Assembly: GCA_050331735.1 (NCBI GenBank)
Contig: JBHJGN010000016.1
Coordinates: forward strand, 32,001-96,000
Reading direction: 5' to 3'
Length of the DNA stretch: 64,000 nt
Source of the DNA: Cyanophyceae cyanobacterium
GTDB taxonomy: Bacteria > Cyanobacteriota > Cyanobacteriia > Cyanobacteriales > JBHJGN01
This document shows positions 1 to 10,228 of the stretch, piece after piece (the first letter of the stretch is position 1; each line of letters begins with the position of its first letter). The notes under the pieces were generated by a model. It saw only the letters and a list, made by a program, of their open reading frames with translations. It did not search any database and was not told the DNA's origin. The position numbers and the translations under genes were made by a program.

Positions 1-384
1 TAAATGGTAGTAAATGCGTTCCGCTTTTTCGAGATACTGCGGTAGCTTTTCATTCAGGTCTGTAATTGGGTAAGCTTCATCGGCGCCAAACCGTTCTTTA
101 GCGGCTTCAACCCCAACGCGATATCCTGTCCAGGTTTCTTTCTCCAAGTCTTTAGGCTGTACAAACAGCACAAAGCGATGTTCTTCATGGTGAGGCGCTA
201 ATACGGCCACCGCTTCTGCTTCATTAAAGCCCGTCAGGTAAAAGAAGTCACTGTCTTGGCGAAACACATACTCGACATCATTATGCATCACAGCCATCGG
301 AGCGCTGCGAAAAATCGCGGTTCCGCGACCAATCTTAGCCATGAGCTGTTCGCGGCGATCGCGGTATTCTTGGAGATCAACCAT
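1..384 (-). CDS. pepP: Xaa-Pro aminopeptidase (aminopeptidase P), N-terminal part; runs off the window
   Basis: Manual translation from ATG at 384: MVDLQEYRDRREQLMAKIGRGTAIFRSAPMAVMHNDVEYVFRQDSDFFYLTGFNE..., with the AMP_N-type FRQDSDFFYLTGF motif. Not in the ORF track because it is truncated. Confidence 0.9.
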   Translation of the reverse strand, partial: MVDLQEYRDRREQLMAKIGRGTAIFRSAPMAVMHNDVEYVFRQDSDFFYLTGFNEAEAVAVLAPHHEEHRFVLFVQPKDLEKETWTGYRVGVEAAKERFGADEAYPITDLNEKLPQYLEKAERIYYHL

Positions 385-734
385 AGCGGAGGAGAATCAT
401 GAGAACGGTTACTTACTTATTATGTGCATAGGCATAGTTAGCAAATATTATATTTCCTAGAACACCGGATTTCTAATATCAAAGACTAAAATTATCCTGA
501 CAAGGGCAATCGCAAGTATTTAAATTTAATATAGCCAAAGCCCAAAATCTGGTTCTGGCCTATCAAGAAAGCAACTATTTATTACTCAGAAGATAGGAAA
601 CTGAATCAGATCCCGTTGAGTTAGTGGTTTTAGCTGCTTGTCAAACGGCTAAATTGTCCCTCGCTACTGAGATATATTTGTCGCTGAAAATAATTTAAGA
701 TATAAAGCCGAACAACGCCACAGGTGGAGGAGTC

Positions 735-2066
735 ATGCCCAAAATTCGTTTAGCCCTAGCAGTCGGAGTGGCAAAAACAGTGACGGCGATGGTGCGTCGC
801 TTAGGCTTAGGGGCAGCAAGCGTTCTCCCCGGAGAAGTTTCCCGTCGCCTGCATCCTCGCCTTCTCTCTCTGCTCTGCGAACAGGTTCAGGGCGTGATCT
901 TGATCGTGGGCACGAATGGCAAAACCACAACCTCGCTACTGCTGCGCACGATTTTTGAAAATCAAGGCTGGAAAGTCACTCACAATGCGACGGGGGCAAA
1001 CCTCCTCAACGGCTTAGTCACAGCGCTGTTGGCAGACACCAATTTAGTTGGCAAGCTGAACGCCGACTATGCCATCCTAGAAGTAGACGAAAATGTGCTT
1101 CCCCTGGTCTTAAAAGACTGTCACCCTCGATTTATTCTCGGTTTAAATCTCTTTCGAGATCAGCTCGATCGCTACGGAGAGGTAGACACTATCAGTCAGC
1201 GCTGGCAACAGGCCATTTCTGCTTTACCTCCCGACACGGTTGTTGTGCTCAACGCTGACGATCCGGCGCTTTCCTACCTGGGGCAGCAGCTTCCGCAGAA
1301 GGTATTATTTTTTGGCCTCAGCGAACCCGAACTCTATCTTGATGCTATCCCCCATGCGGTAGATTCTATCTATTGCCCTGCCTGCGGTCATCTGCTGGAC
1401 TACCGGGGCGTGTATCTGTCCCACCTCGGAGATTTTGATTGTCCGAACTGCGACTTCGGCAAGAGTCAGCCAGCATTCGATAGTCGTAACTGGCCCCAAA
1501 TCCTGATCGGAGTTTATAACAAGTACAATACCTTAGCTGCGGGTCTAGTCGCCAAAGAAATTGGCGTTGAGGTAGCTGATATTTTCAACACTGTCAAAAA
1601 CTTTCGCGCGGCTTTTGGGCGGGCAGAAGAATTAACGATCGAGGGCAAACACGTCAGGATTTTGCTGTCTAAAAATCCTGTGGGCATGAATGAAACAATT
1701 CGCGCCGTGAACGATATCAAGCAGGCAGGCAAGGCATCCACCACCTTAGTAGTGCTTAATGATCGCATTCCCGACGGCACTGATGTCTCCTGGATTTGGG
1801 ATGTAGATACCGAGAAATTAGTGAGTTTAGGGGGAACAATTGTGATCAGTGGCGATCGCCTCTACGATATGGCGCTCCGTTTAGAATACAGCCGCGATCA
1901 GCAGGGCAATACTGATGATCTAGCTCTCATTGTCGAAGAAGATTTGCAGCAGGCGATTACCACAGCCCTTAAACAGACTCCAGACGATGAAACTCTTCAT
2001 ATTCTGCCGACGTATTCAGCCATGCTGGAAGTCCGGCAAATCCTCACTGGACGCAAGATATTATAA
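735..2066 (+). CDS. murT: Mur ligase family protein with C-terminal DUF1727 (MurT-like lipid II amidotransferase subunit)
   Basis: GTNGKTTT P-loop, NLFRDQLDRYGE, CPACG..CPNC zinc knuckle, KNPVG and DVSWIWDVD motifs. Confidence 0.85.
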   Translation: MPKIRLALAVGVAKTVTAMVRRLGLGAASVLPGEVSRRLHPRLLSLLCEQVQGVILIVGTNGKTTTSLLLRTIFENQGWKVTHNATGANLLNGLVTALLADTNLVGKLNADYAILEVDENVLPLVLKDCHPRFILGLNLFRDQLDRYGEVDTISQRWQQAISALPPDTVVVLNADDPALSYLGQQLPQKVLFFGLSEPELYLDAIPHAVDSIYCPACGHLLDYRGVYLSHLGDFDCPNCDFGKSQPAFDSRNWPQILIGVYNKYNTLAAGLVAKEIGVEVADIFNTVKNFRAAFGRAEELTIEGKHVRILLSKNPVGMNETIRAVNDIKQAGKASTTLVVLNDRIPDGTDVSWIWDVDTEKLVSLGGTIVISGDRLYDMALRLEYSRDQQGNTDDLALIVEEDLQQAITTALKQTPDDETLHILPTYSAMLEVRQILTGRKIL

Positions 2067-2092
2067 AGGGGCCTCTTCTGCTGGTCGTAGTC

Positions 2093-2716
2093 CTAGGCTG
2101 AGTTCGCTTCTTCCCTGGCTTGATTGAGAATTTTCCGAACTCGCTTCTGGATTCGCTTCACTTTCCGAGACCAGTTGGCCCCGCTCGCATAGTTCTCCGC
2201 GAGCTTATCAATGTTTGCCACTTCCCCGTTTGTCAGCTTATCGACGGTTGTCGCAAAGATGTTGAAGCACTCAGAGGGATCGGGACAGGTTTCGTACTGA
2301 ATCGTTCTACCGCGCTTCACCCTAGCCACACAATCGTCGCTGACACAGCGCAGTCCAAAGTGGTTATTTTGGCCAATAACATGCTTTCCCCAACCAGTTT
2401 CCAAGATGGCGATCGCCAACGTCATCTCAACGGGAATGCCTTGCTCTTGCTGAATTCTGGCGGCTTCAGGCAAGAGTTGATTGATGTAGGGTTTAGCGGT
2501 TTCCAACTGGGCAACAGAAAGATGAGGTTGAGAGGAATCGGCACGAGCGCTATTGGAGGAAGAACCGTCTTGGGAGCTGGATGATACTTGTGCATCAGAG
2601 GGGAAAGCCTCTGTTGGCTTAGAAAAGGTTGACTCAGAGCCTGAGCAGGAAGTTAAACCGATAACAATTGTTGCTACACTTACCCACAGAAAAAGCTCAG
2701 ACCGAATCAATTTCAT
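2093..2716 (-). CDS. Lipoprotein with glucosaminidase (GH73, FlgJ-like) peptidoglycan hydrolase domain
   Basis: Lipobox LTSC, Ser-rich linker, AILETGWG (catalytic Glu) and NNHFGL motifs. Confidence 0.7.
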   Translation of the reverse strand: MKLIRSELFLWVSVATIVIGLTSCSGSESTFSKPTEAFPSDAQVSSSSQDGSSSNSARADSSQPHLSVAQLETAKPYINQLLPEAARIQQEQGIPVEMTLAIAILETGWGKHVIGQNNHFGLRCVSDDCVARVKRGRTIQYETCPDPSECFNIFATTVDKLTNGEVANIDKLAENYASGANWSRKVKRIQKRVRKILNQAREEANSA

Positions 2717-2897
2717 CGTTTTCTTGCTGTGACCACAAACTTCTTATACAACAGATTGGGAAAAAAAATAGAGCTGAATTTCCCAGAAAACACTGCTTGA
2801 GCCAATCGTCGTTAAATTTACTCTTCAAAAGTTGAGGCTTTTATTACTAAACTAAGATAGCAGTATTAGCCTGTAGCTTAGCTATCATTGCCTATCA

Positions 2898-4781
2898 ATG
2901 TCTAAATTTGTAGTCAAGCCTCTCGGGGCAGTGCTACAGCAGGCTGGTTTAGTCTCAGCAGCACAACTAGAAACGGCTCTTCAAGAACAAGCTCACTCTC
3001 GTCTCCGGCTCGGAGAAATTCTCGCGGCTCATGGTTGGATAAAACTAGAAACAGCAGAGTTTTTTGTTTTGAAATGGTCTGTTGCCTTAAAAAGACCGAA
3101 GCAGCGGCTCGGAAAGTATTTTAAACAAGCTGCCCTCTTGAGTGAAGCGCAAATTCAGACGATCCTCTTTGAGCAAAAGCAGACTAAGCAAAAATTTGGA
3201 GAAATAGCGGTTGACAAAGGATGGCTCGCTCCAAACACCCTGGACTTTTTTGTGCAGTTCCAGGCTTCTTTACCTAAAAAAAGACTCACTCCAGAACGGC
3301 TGATCCATGATTGGCTCAGTTCTTCTGAAGATCGCGAACTAAGGAATATTCGCGCTCGCCTGCTTTATAGTCAGCAGTGCAATCCTTTTTGGGTGCTAGA
3401 GCTTTATCGACAGATTTTACAGCAGGGGGCCATTGACAGCGATGGTTCCCCAGAGCAGCAGGAGCTGTTGATATCTGGTTTGGTTATCAAACAGCAGGGC
3501 AAATTAACAGTGGCTAAACCCATTTACGCTTCAGTTTTTAATCAAAATTGGGTAGAAAAACAGCAAAAACAACTGCAACCCCATCGACAAATTAAACTGA
3601 GGCTTGAGCAAAAAGTTGAATCTCCCTATAAAATTCTCGAAGAAATCCTGCTCTGGACAAATCGCCAACCTTGGCTAGCCCAAAAGCTGTGTCAAATGGT
3701 CTGTCAATCTCAACACTTCATTGTGTCAGGAGAGGAGGCTCAACGGATTGAGCAGATCGTGCAGACTGCGATGGTGAGGGATTGGCAACATGGGGTAGCG
3801 GCTGAGCACTTATTTGCAGTGCGCGATCGCCTCCTCGACTCTTCTGCTTGTCCCCCCACTCATGTCCTGTTGCACTACCTCCAAATTTGGCAGCAAGGAC
3901 AGGTTTCTGCCGATGGCAGTCTAGAACAGGCAGCGCTGCTCAATTCAGGACTTGTGGTTGAGCAGCAAAATGCTCTCAAAGTGGCTAATCCAATTTATCG
4001 TGCTGTTTTCGATCAAAGCTGGGTCATGCACGAGATGAAGAACCTGCTGCCGGGGAGTGAGCCGCTTAGCATAGCAGAGTCTTCCCCACAGCAGCCAGTC
4101 ACAGCAGCACCAATGCCGAACCGGAGGTGGCTAGAAAGGGCCGTTTTCGTGTTTATTAGTGCCGCCTTAACCGGAATTTTAGCAGCAATGGTCTTCAATT
4201 TTCAGCAAACACAACGCTTCCTCGAGTCACCTTCTCATTCCACCGTAGAACCAGTTCAACCGCCACCAAAAGCGGTTTTTCCCCCGATTCAAGAGGCTTC
4301 TCCAGATACCGAATCTTCATTCTCACCAGCAGAGGTTTCTCCTCTTCCAGAACCCGAGGAAGAAGCAACTGCCAGTAACGTTCCCACGTTTACGATCGGA
4401 ACGCCTGAGAAGGAAGTTTTGCAGGCTTTGGGAGAACCAGACTGGATCAGGAATGGATATTGGGCCAACAGTCGTGCTTGGCTTTACCAAGATATTGTTC
4501 CCGGTCAGGTTGATTTGGGCTATTTGTTTGATGTTGATACGCAAACGCTGCGCCAAACCGAAATTGCTTTTGCTCCAACAGCAGATTTAGAGACAATTCA
4601 GCAAACCCTACAGGCATTACTGCCTGATCGCATTTCAGACTCTGCCCAATCGGGACTTGTACAAGTGTATCAACGGCGAATCAAGCAATACTCGTTTCGA
4701 GCCGGGACTTTAGAAGGAATTATTCAGCGCAACGAAGAAGACCAAATCTATATTGGTATCTGGGATGCTGATTTTCATTGA
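2898..4781 (+). CDS. Membrane protein: tandem MshEN-like motifs, two helical repeats, one TM helix, C-terminal extracytoplasmic domain
   Basis: PLGAVLQQAGLVSAAQLETALQEQ / RLGEILAAHGWI and RLGKYFKQAALLSEAQIQTILFEQ / KFGEIAVDKGWL. Duplicated block LxxSGLVxxQQxxLxVAxPIYxxVFxQxWV. TM segment AVFVFISAALTGILAAMVF. Confidence 0.7.
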   Translation: MSKFVVKPLGAVLQQAGLVSAAQLETALQEQAHSRLRLGEILAAHGWIKLETAEFFVLKWSVALKRPKQRLGKYFKQAALLSEAQIQTILFEQKQTKQKFGEIAVDKGWLAPNTLDFFVQFQASLPKKRLTPERLIHDWLSSSEDRELRNIRARLLYSQQCNPFWVLELYRQILQQGAIDSDGSPEQQELLISGLVIKQQGKLTVAKPIYASVFNQNWVEKQQKQLQPHRQIKLRLEQKVESPYKILEEILLWTNRQPWLAQKLCQMVCQSQHFIVSGEEAQRIEQIVQTAMVRDWQHGVAAEHLFAVRDRLLDSSACPPTHVLLHYLQIWQQGQVSADGSLEQAALLNSGLVVEQQNALKVANPIYRAVFDQSWVMHEMKNLLPGSEPLSIAESSPQQPVTAAPMPNRRWLERAVFVFISAALTGILAAMVFNFQQTQRFLESPSHSTVEPVQPPPKAVFPPIQEASPDTESSFSPAEVSPLPEPEEEATASNVPTFTIGTPEKEVLQALGEPDWIRNGYWANSRAWLYQDIVPGQVDLGYLFDVDTQTLRQTEIAFAPTADLETIQQTLQALLPDRISDSAQSGLVQVYQRRIKQYSFRAGTLEGIIQRNEEDQIYIGIWDADFH

Positions 4782-4879
4782 GCAATCTGAATGCTCTAGA
4801 GACTTATCCTTCCCCCGACAACTGAATCGGGAGATATCTTCGTTATGTGATGCGTTTTCGATTGAAAGACTCAGACTAG

Positions 4880-5653
4880 CTAGGGGAATGTGCGATCACG
4901 CACGTCTGCTGCAAACTCCTGAGCGGCTTGAGTAATAATTTTCCGTAAGTTGACGTAAGCCTTAGCAAAAGGCGGTCTTTTCTGGGATAACCCAAGCAAA
5001 TCGGCAGTGACTAACACTTGACCGTCACAATCGGGTCCAGCGCCGATGCCGATGGTGGGAATGGAGAGTTTAGCGGTAATGTGGGCGGCTAAATCAGCAG
5101 GGACGTGTTCTAGAATGATAGCGAAAGCTCCTGCCTCAGAAAGAGCGATCGCCTCGGCTAGAATCCGCTCAGCCTCCTCTGCTGTTTTGCCCTGCTGCGC
5201 GTACCCTAATCGATGTACCGCTTGGGGAGTCAAGCCCACATGCCCCATCACCGGAATACCGATACTTGTAAGGGTCGCGACTGTTTGGGCGATCGCCGGA
5301 TACCCTCCTTCGACCTTCACGGCCTGGACTCCTGTTTCCTTCAGCGCCCTGCCTGCCGCTTGAATCGCTCGTTCGGTACTGCCTTGATAGCTAAGAAACG
5401 GTAAATCGCACACCACCAGCGCTCGATGAACCCCGCGACGCACCGCCGCCGCATGGTGCAGCATTTCCTCGAGCGTTACTGGTAGAGTTGTTGGATGTCC
5501 TAGCGCGACCATTGCCAGGGAGTCCCCCACCAAAATCACATCCACTCCCGCTTCATCTAAGACCTGGGCGATGCCGTAATCCCAAGCCGTCAGCGTGATA
5601 ATCGGACGACTTTGCTGCTTCCATTTGCTGAGTTGCCCAGGAGTAACCGCCAT
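4880..5653 (-). CDS. panB: 3-methyl-2-oxobutanoate hydroxymethyltransferase
   Basis: [41 protein letters not shown] motifs. Confidence 0.97.
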   Translation of the reverse strand: MAVTPGQLSKWKQQSRPIITLTAWDYGIAQVLDEAGVDVILVGDSLAMVALGHPTTLPVTLEEMLHHAAAVRRGVHRALVVCDLPFLSYQGSTERAIQAAGRALKETGVQAVKVEGGYPAIAQTVATLTSIGIPVMGHVGLTPQAVHRLGYAQQGKTAEEAERILAEAIALSEAGAFAIILEHVPADLAAHITAKLSIPTIGIGAGPDCDGQVLVTADLLGLSQKRPPFAKAYVNLRKIITQAAQEFAADVRDRTFP

Positions 5654-5671
5654 AATGCTCGTTATGTGAGG

Positions 5672-6346
5672 TCAATCGCGAGTCGCTTCTAAAATCCGCG
5701 AGAAGTAAAAGCGTGTACTGGTCATGCCGTTACGTTGCAGGGAAAACCCGTTGCTTTTAAGCATATTAACGATATCGGCTTCCCGATGCTGATAGGCACG
5801 GGTGGTCTTACTCGGTCCCGGGAAAAACTCGCCTACTTTTTTTAGTATAGAAAGCCAGAATGTTTTTGGAGCAAAGCTGATAATCAAGCGCGACTCGGCG
5901 AGCGAGGCTAAATGAGCAATCATCTGGGCGGCATCTTTCTGGGGGTAGTGAATTAGCACATCCAAACAGACAACGGTGTGATATTGACCGCCCAAAGATT
6001 CTAAATCCTGAACGGCGAACGTCACGCCAGCTAAACCCCCGGCGCGGTGCTTCGCTTCCTCGACCATCTTTTCAGAAATATCGCTAGCAAAAACCTTAGC
6101 CCCAGCTTGAGCGAGGGGAATACTCAAGCTGCCTACGCCACACCCGGCATCACAAACAGAAATTGAATCTAAGTTCCCGTCTGCTTTGAGCCAGTCTAGA
6201 ACGGTGTCAATGGTTTGCTGATGGCCAATCCGGATATCGTTCTGGACTTTACTGACCTCGACCTCTCCATAAATGCGTCGCCAGCGTTCAAAGCCAGTGG
6301 TGTTGAAATATTCCTTGACAACGGCTTTATCGTCTACGGTGTTCAT
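5672..6346 (-). CDS. chlM: Magnesium-protoporphyrin IX methyltransferase
   Basis: YFNTTGFERWRRIYG, DAGCGVG SAM motif, CLDVLIHYP, SFAPKT, FPGPSKTTRAY. Confidence 0.96.
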   Translation of the reverse strand: MNTVDDKAVVKEYFNTTGFERWRRIYGEVEVSKVQNDIRIGHQQTIDTVLDWLKADGNLDSISVCDAGCGVGSLSIPLAQAGAKVFASDISEKMVEEAKHRAGGLAGVTFAVQDLESLGGQYHTVVCLDVLIHYPQKDAAQMIAHLASLAESRLIISFAPKTFWLSILKKVGEFFPGPSKTTRAYQHREADIVNMLKSNGFSLQRNGMTSTRFYFSRILEATRD

Positions 6347-6601
6347 GGACAGAGTGGGAATAAATTGGGGACGGATAATTACTTTACCAAGTATTCTTAT
6401 TTCAATTGTTTTTATTGACGAAATAGATATATTTTTGGGCGGACGCAGCGTAGACTAACACAATAGGCTGGTGTTGATTGCTGATGGTTGCTCGTTTGCC
6501 CTCCACTAGATGTTTATTGATTCAAGGAGCGTGAGAGCGATGGACTGGTGATAGGAGGAGAGCCAATGACCACATGATGTTTACCTTAAGCACTGCACCG
6601 C

Positions 6602-6979
6602 TCAGCTAATTCTGTGTCCTGCTTGAGAGAGGACTGCTATTGCTTGCTCCAAATACTCTTCTTTAACCAGGAGGTAGTCTGTGTTGTAAGTCGAGATCGC
6701 AAAAATGGGGATGTTGGCTTCCGCTAAAGGAGAGGCGAGGGCTGCTAAAATTCCGATGAGGGAGAAATCGAGAGGTCCGGCTACTTGCAGACAGCGCCAG
6801 CGATCACCCCGCATTAATTCCGGCACACAAGCAAGGGGACAAACAATCGACAGTTCATCACGGCATCGCGTTATTGACACAAAACTGCCCGTCGCCCAGT
6901 CAGGAATGGCACTGGTGGGTGCAAGTTGACAAATCGTGAATACGTCTGGCAAGACACCAAGGGTAAGTTGAAGCGCCAT
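6602..6979 (-). CDS. ACT domain-containing protein (tandem ACT, CASTOR-like)
   Basis: SITRxxDELSIVC, GPLDFSLIGILA, IPIFAISTYNTDYLLVK. Confidence 0.85.
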   Translation of the reverse strand: MALQLTLGVLPDVFTICQLAPTSAIPDWATGSFVSITRCRDELSIVCPLACVPELMRGDRWRCLQVAGPLDFSLIGILAALASPLAEANIPIFAISTYNTDYLLVKEEYLEQAIAVLSQAGHRIS

Positions 6980-7452
6980 TACTGCTCGAGAATTGCTGCT
7001 GATATACTGCTGACATGGCTCACTTCAAATTTTGGCAGTCCAAGTTAGATGACGCAACGTCATTGTCAAAACACGAATCAAGATATCGATTTATTGAAGA
7101 CACAAGATGAATGACGCGCTCGATTCCAAAATGACTCAGCTAAAGCAGTTATGCCAGCAATACAAAGTGATTCGCATGGAACTATTTGGGCTAGCTCGCT
7201 ACAGCCATTCCCAAGCCGATGATGAGCGTTCCCACAGAATTGGGGGGCAGGGTGGTAACACTGAGGGACAATAGTAGCATTGGGCTGATGAAGCTGCGCT
7301 CTTCAACTTTTCGCCAGAATGTCATATTACTAAAAAAACTGGTATCAATATTTACAACGGTGGGCGAATTTCCTAAAATGACACTCGACCTAAAATTGCT
7401 CTGACTGCGATCGCGGTTGAGCACTGCTCACACTGTTTGCCTGTAGTTAAAG

Positions 7453-10128
7453 ATGCCCACCCTAACCGTTAATATTCTCGCCGATCAAAACGACGGCAGT
7501 TCCGCTGGCGGTCTGTCGCTGCGCGATGCCATTCTCACCGCCAACGCTGACCCCAACACCGCCTACACCATCAATCTGCAAGCCGGACAAACCTATCTCC
7601 TCAGTGCCGGAGAAGCCGACGAAGACCTCGGCGTTGGCGGCGACCTTGATATTACCAACAGCAATATTACCGTGCGCTCAGCCGGGAGACAGCCAGCAAC
7701 CATTGATGCCGGAGGTCTGCAATTTAGCGATCGCGTGTTCCACGTTCTCGAGGGCGGTAATCTCACCCTAGAAAACGTGGTGCTGACGCGCGGCAACACT
7801 GAATTTGGGGGTGGACTGCGCATTGAAGAAGCGGGCACAGCCACGCTTGTTAACAGCACCGTCAGCGGCAACACGGCTGAGGATGGCGGTGGCGGTATCT
7901 ACACAGAAGGAACTACGACGCTCATTCAAAGTACCGTTAGCAATAACAGCACAACGACAAGCAACAGTGGCGGTGCTGGCATCAGGAGCAGCGGGACACT
8001 AACCTTAACTGACAGTACCGTGAGCGAGAACAGCTCTACCGCCAGCTTTAGCAGCGGTGCTGGCATTAGCAGCAGCGGGACCGCAACGCTGACTCAAAGT
8101 AGTGTGAGCAATAACAGCAGCTTCAGCGGCGGCGGCATCAGTAACGGTGGCTCTATGACCTTGACTAATACCACCGTCAGCGATAACACGGCTACAAATT
8201 CTAGTGGCGGCGGCATCCTCAGCAGTGGTTTCAACAATGCTGTCCTAAATTTAATCGACAGTACCGTGAGCGGGAACAGCTCCGATTTAGGTGGAGGAGG
8301 CATTAGTTCTAATGATACTTTAAACCTCCTCAATAGCACCATTAGCAACAATGCCTCAGCAAGAAGAGATGGGGGTGGAGTCGAGATCAGTGGCAATGCT
8401 ACCATCACCAATACTACTATCAGCGGCAACTCCGCCATCAACGGTGGCGGGATTGCTGTTGGCAGCAGTTTTATTAATACAGCCGTTTTGACGAACAGCA
8501 CCGTTAGCGGCAATAGCGCGACAGATAACGGCGGCGGTATTTATCTTCGCGGCGGGACAGCTACGCTCACCAACAGCACCATTGCTAACAACACGGTCAA
8601 CACAGACAGGGATAGCCGAGGCAACGGCGGTGGCATTAGCAACCGTTCTACCCTAACTCTCAGAAACTCGATTGTGGCCGAAAATATCGATCTCCCTGAT
8701 AATGCCGGGGCGGGAGAAATTCACCCCGACCTATCCGGGACGATCAACGGCAGTAACTTTAACCTCATCGGCACTGTCGAGGGAGCAACTGGCAACGTTG
8801 GTTCTGGCAGCGATATTGTTACCTCTAATCCCCTCCTTGGTCCTTTGGCCGAAAATGGTGGACCCACTCTCACCCACACCCCCCTCCAAGGCAGTCCCGC
8901 TATTAACCGAGGCAACAGCGCTCTCGTTGCTCCCGATACCCTTGATATTGATGCCGACAACAACTTTACCGAACCCGTTCCCTCCGACCAGCGCCTCCGA
9001 CAGCGCATTGCCGGACCGTCCGTCGATATTGGCTCTGTCGAAGTGGGAGCCGCCCCTCTGCCCCCAAATTTCATTGCCCGGACTGGCCCTAGTAGCCTCC
9101 TCACCCCAATTGAAACGACTTCCAGCCCAGTCCCCGCCTTTGCCGACCTCGATGCCGACGGCGACCTCGATGCCACAGTGGGCGATATCAACGGTGGACT
9201 GCTCTATTTCCGCAATGACACTAACCGCTTTACCCGCGTAACGGGAGCGCCTAATCCCTTTGCTGGCATCGACGTGGGCTTTGTCAGCACCCCGGCCTTT
9301 GCCGACCTCGACGGCGACAGCGATCTGGATCTGTTTATCGGTGCTTTTGATGGCACTTTCACCTACTATCGCAACACCAACGGACGCTTCGTCGAGCAAA
9401 CGGGTAGTGCAAACCCCTTCAACGGCATCGATGTGGGCAGCTATAGCAACATTGCCTTTGCCAACATCGATGGCGATAGCGATGTCGATGCGTTTCTGGG
9501 ACTGGCGAACGGACGGGTGGCTTACTACCGAAACACCAACGGCAACTTTACTTTAATCCGAGGGACGGGAAATCCTCTCAATGGATTGGATGCCGGAGAC
9601 TTCAGCTTCCCTAGCTTCGGCGACCTGGATGGGGATGGCGATGAAGATGCGGTGGTGGGAGAAGTGTTTGGCGAACTGCGCTACTACCGCAACGACGGCG
9701 GACGCTTGGTGAGCGCTACGGGCACGAACAATCCTTTGAACGGGGTTGATGTTGGGTTTTATGCGGCTCCTAGCTTTGCCGATATCGACGGCGACGGGGA
9801 TGTAGATGGCATCATCGGTGGAGACGTGAGCTTGAGCGGCACGAGCCGAGGACGACTCTCCTTGATTGAAAATACCTTGCCCGTCGGATCAACCACGGTG
9901 CAGCGTGATGCCAACGCTGGGTCAGCCGTTAGGGCTGGGTTAGGAGCTGGTCAACCAGAGGAGTCCCTACTAGGCGGCACGTTGAGCCACATTACCGCCA
10001 CGTCGGAGGGCTTTGAGGAGTTAACCTGGTCAGCCGAGAGTACTGAAAAAGGCTTCATTCAAGAGCAGGAATTCAAATCGGAGTTGAGCGTAGCCGCTTT
10101 AACGAGTTTCGACCATACTGTTATTTAG
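7453..10128 (+). CDS. Large secreted beta-helix protein (CSLREA/choice-of-anchor Q type) with C-terminal FG-GAP/VCBS repeats
   Basis: N-terminal GLSLRDAILTAN, many STVSGNxAxxxGGGI repeats, LGPLAENGGPTLTH..GSPAINRG..DIG, then PAFADLDGDGDLD repeats. Confidence 0.8.
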   Translation: MPTLTVNILADQNDGSSAGGLSLRDAILTANADPNTAYTINLQAGQTYLLSAGEADEDLGVGGDLDITNSNITVRSAGRQPATIDAGGLQFSDRVFHVLEGGNLTLENVVLTRGNTEFGGGLRIEEAGTATLVNSTVSGNTAEDGGGGIYTEGTTTLIQSTVSNNSTTTSNSGGAGIRSSGTLTLTDSTVSENSSTASFSSGAGISSSGTATLTQSSVSNNSSFSGGGISNGGSMTLTNTTVSDNTATNSSGGGILSSGFNNAVLNLIDSTVSGNSSDLGGGGISSNDTLNLLNSTISNNASARRDGGGVEISGNATITNTTISGNSAINGGGIAVGSSFINTAVLTNSTVSGNSATDNGGGIYLRGGTATLTNSTIANNTVNTDRDSRGNGGGISNRSTLTLRNSIVAENIDLPDNAGAGEIHPDLSGTINGSNFNLIGTVEGATGNVGSGSDIVTSNPLLGPLAENGGPTLTHTPLQGSPAINRGNSALVAPDTLDIDADNNFTEPVPSDQRLRQRIAGPSVDIGSVEVGAAPLPPNFIARTGPSSLLTPIETTSSPVPAFADLDADGDLDATVGDINGGLLYFRNDTNRFTRVTGAPNPFAGIDVGFVSTPAFADLDGDSDLDLFIGAFDGTFTYYRNTNGRFVEQTGSANPFNGIDVGSYSNIAFANIDGDSDVDAFLGLANGRVAYYRNTNGNFTLIRGTGNPLNGLDAGDFSFPSFGDLDGDGDEDAVVGEVFGELRYYRNDGGRLVSATGTNNPLNGVDVGFYAAPSFADIDGDGDVDGIIGGDVSLSGTSRGRLSLIENTLPVGSTTVQRDANAGSAVRAGLGAGQPEESLLGGTLSHITATSEGFEELTWSAESTEKGFIQEQEFKSELSVAALTSFDHTVI

Positions 10129-10131
10129 GGT

Positions 10132-10168
10132 AAAGTAGCGGCATCAAAAACGAGGCCGCTACTTTCTT
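10132..10168 (+). terminator. Intrinsic terminator-like hairpin between the two beta-helix genes
   Basis: AAAGTAGCGGC-loop-GCCGCTACTTT followed by CTT. Confidence 0.6.
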
Positions 10169-10228
10169 CTGGAAAATCACACCTGGCCTTGAGCGTCAAA
10201 TTTCAATATCCTTCGTCTACAAAAAACT

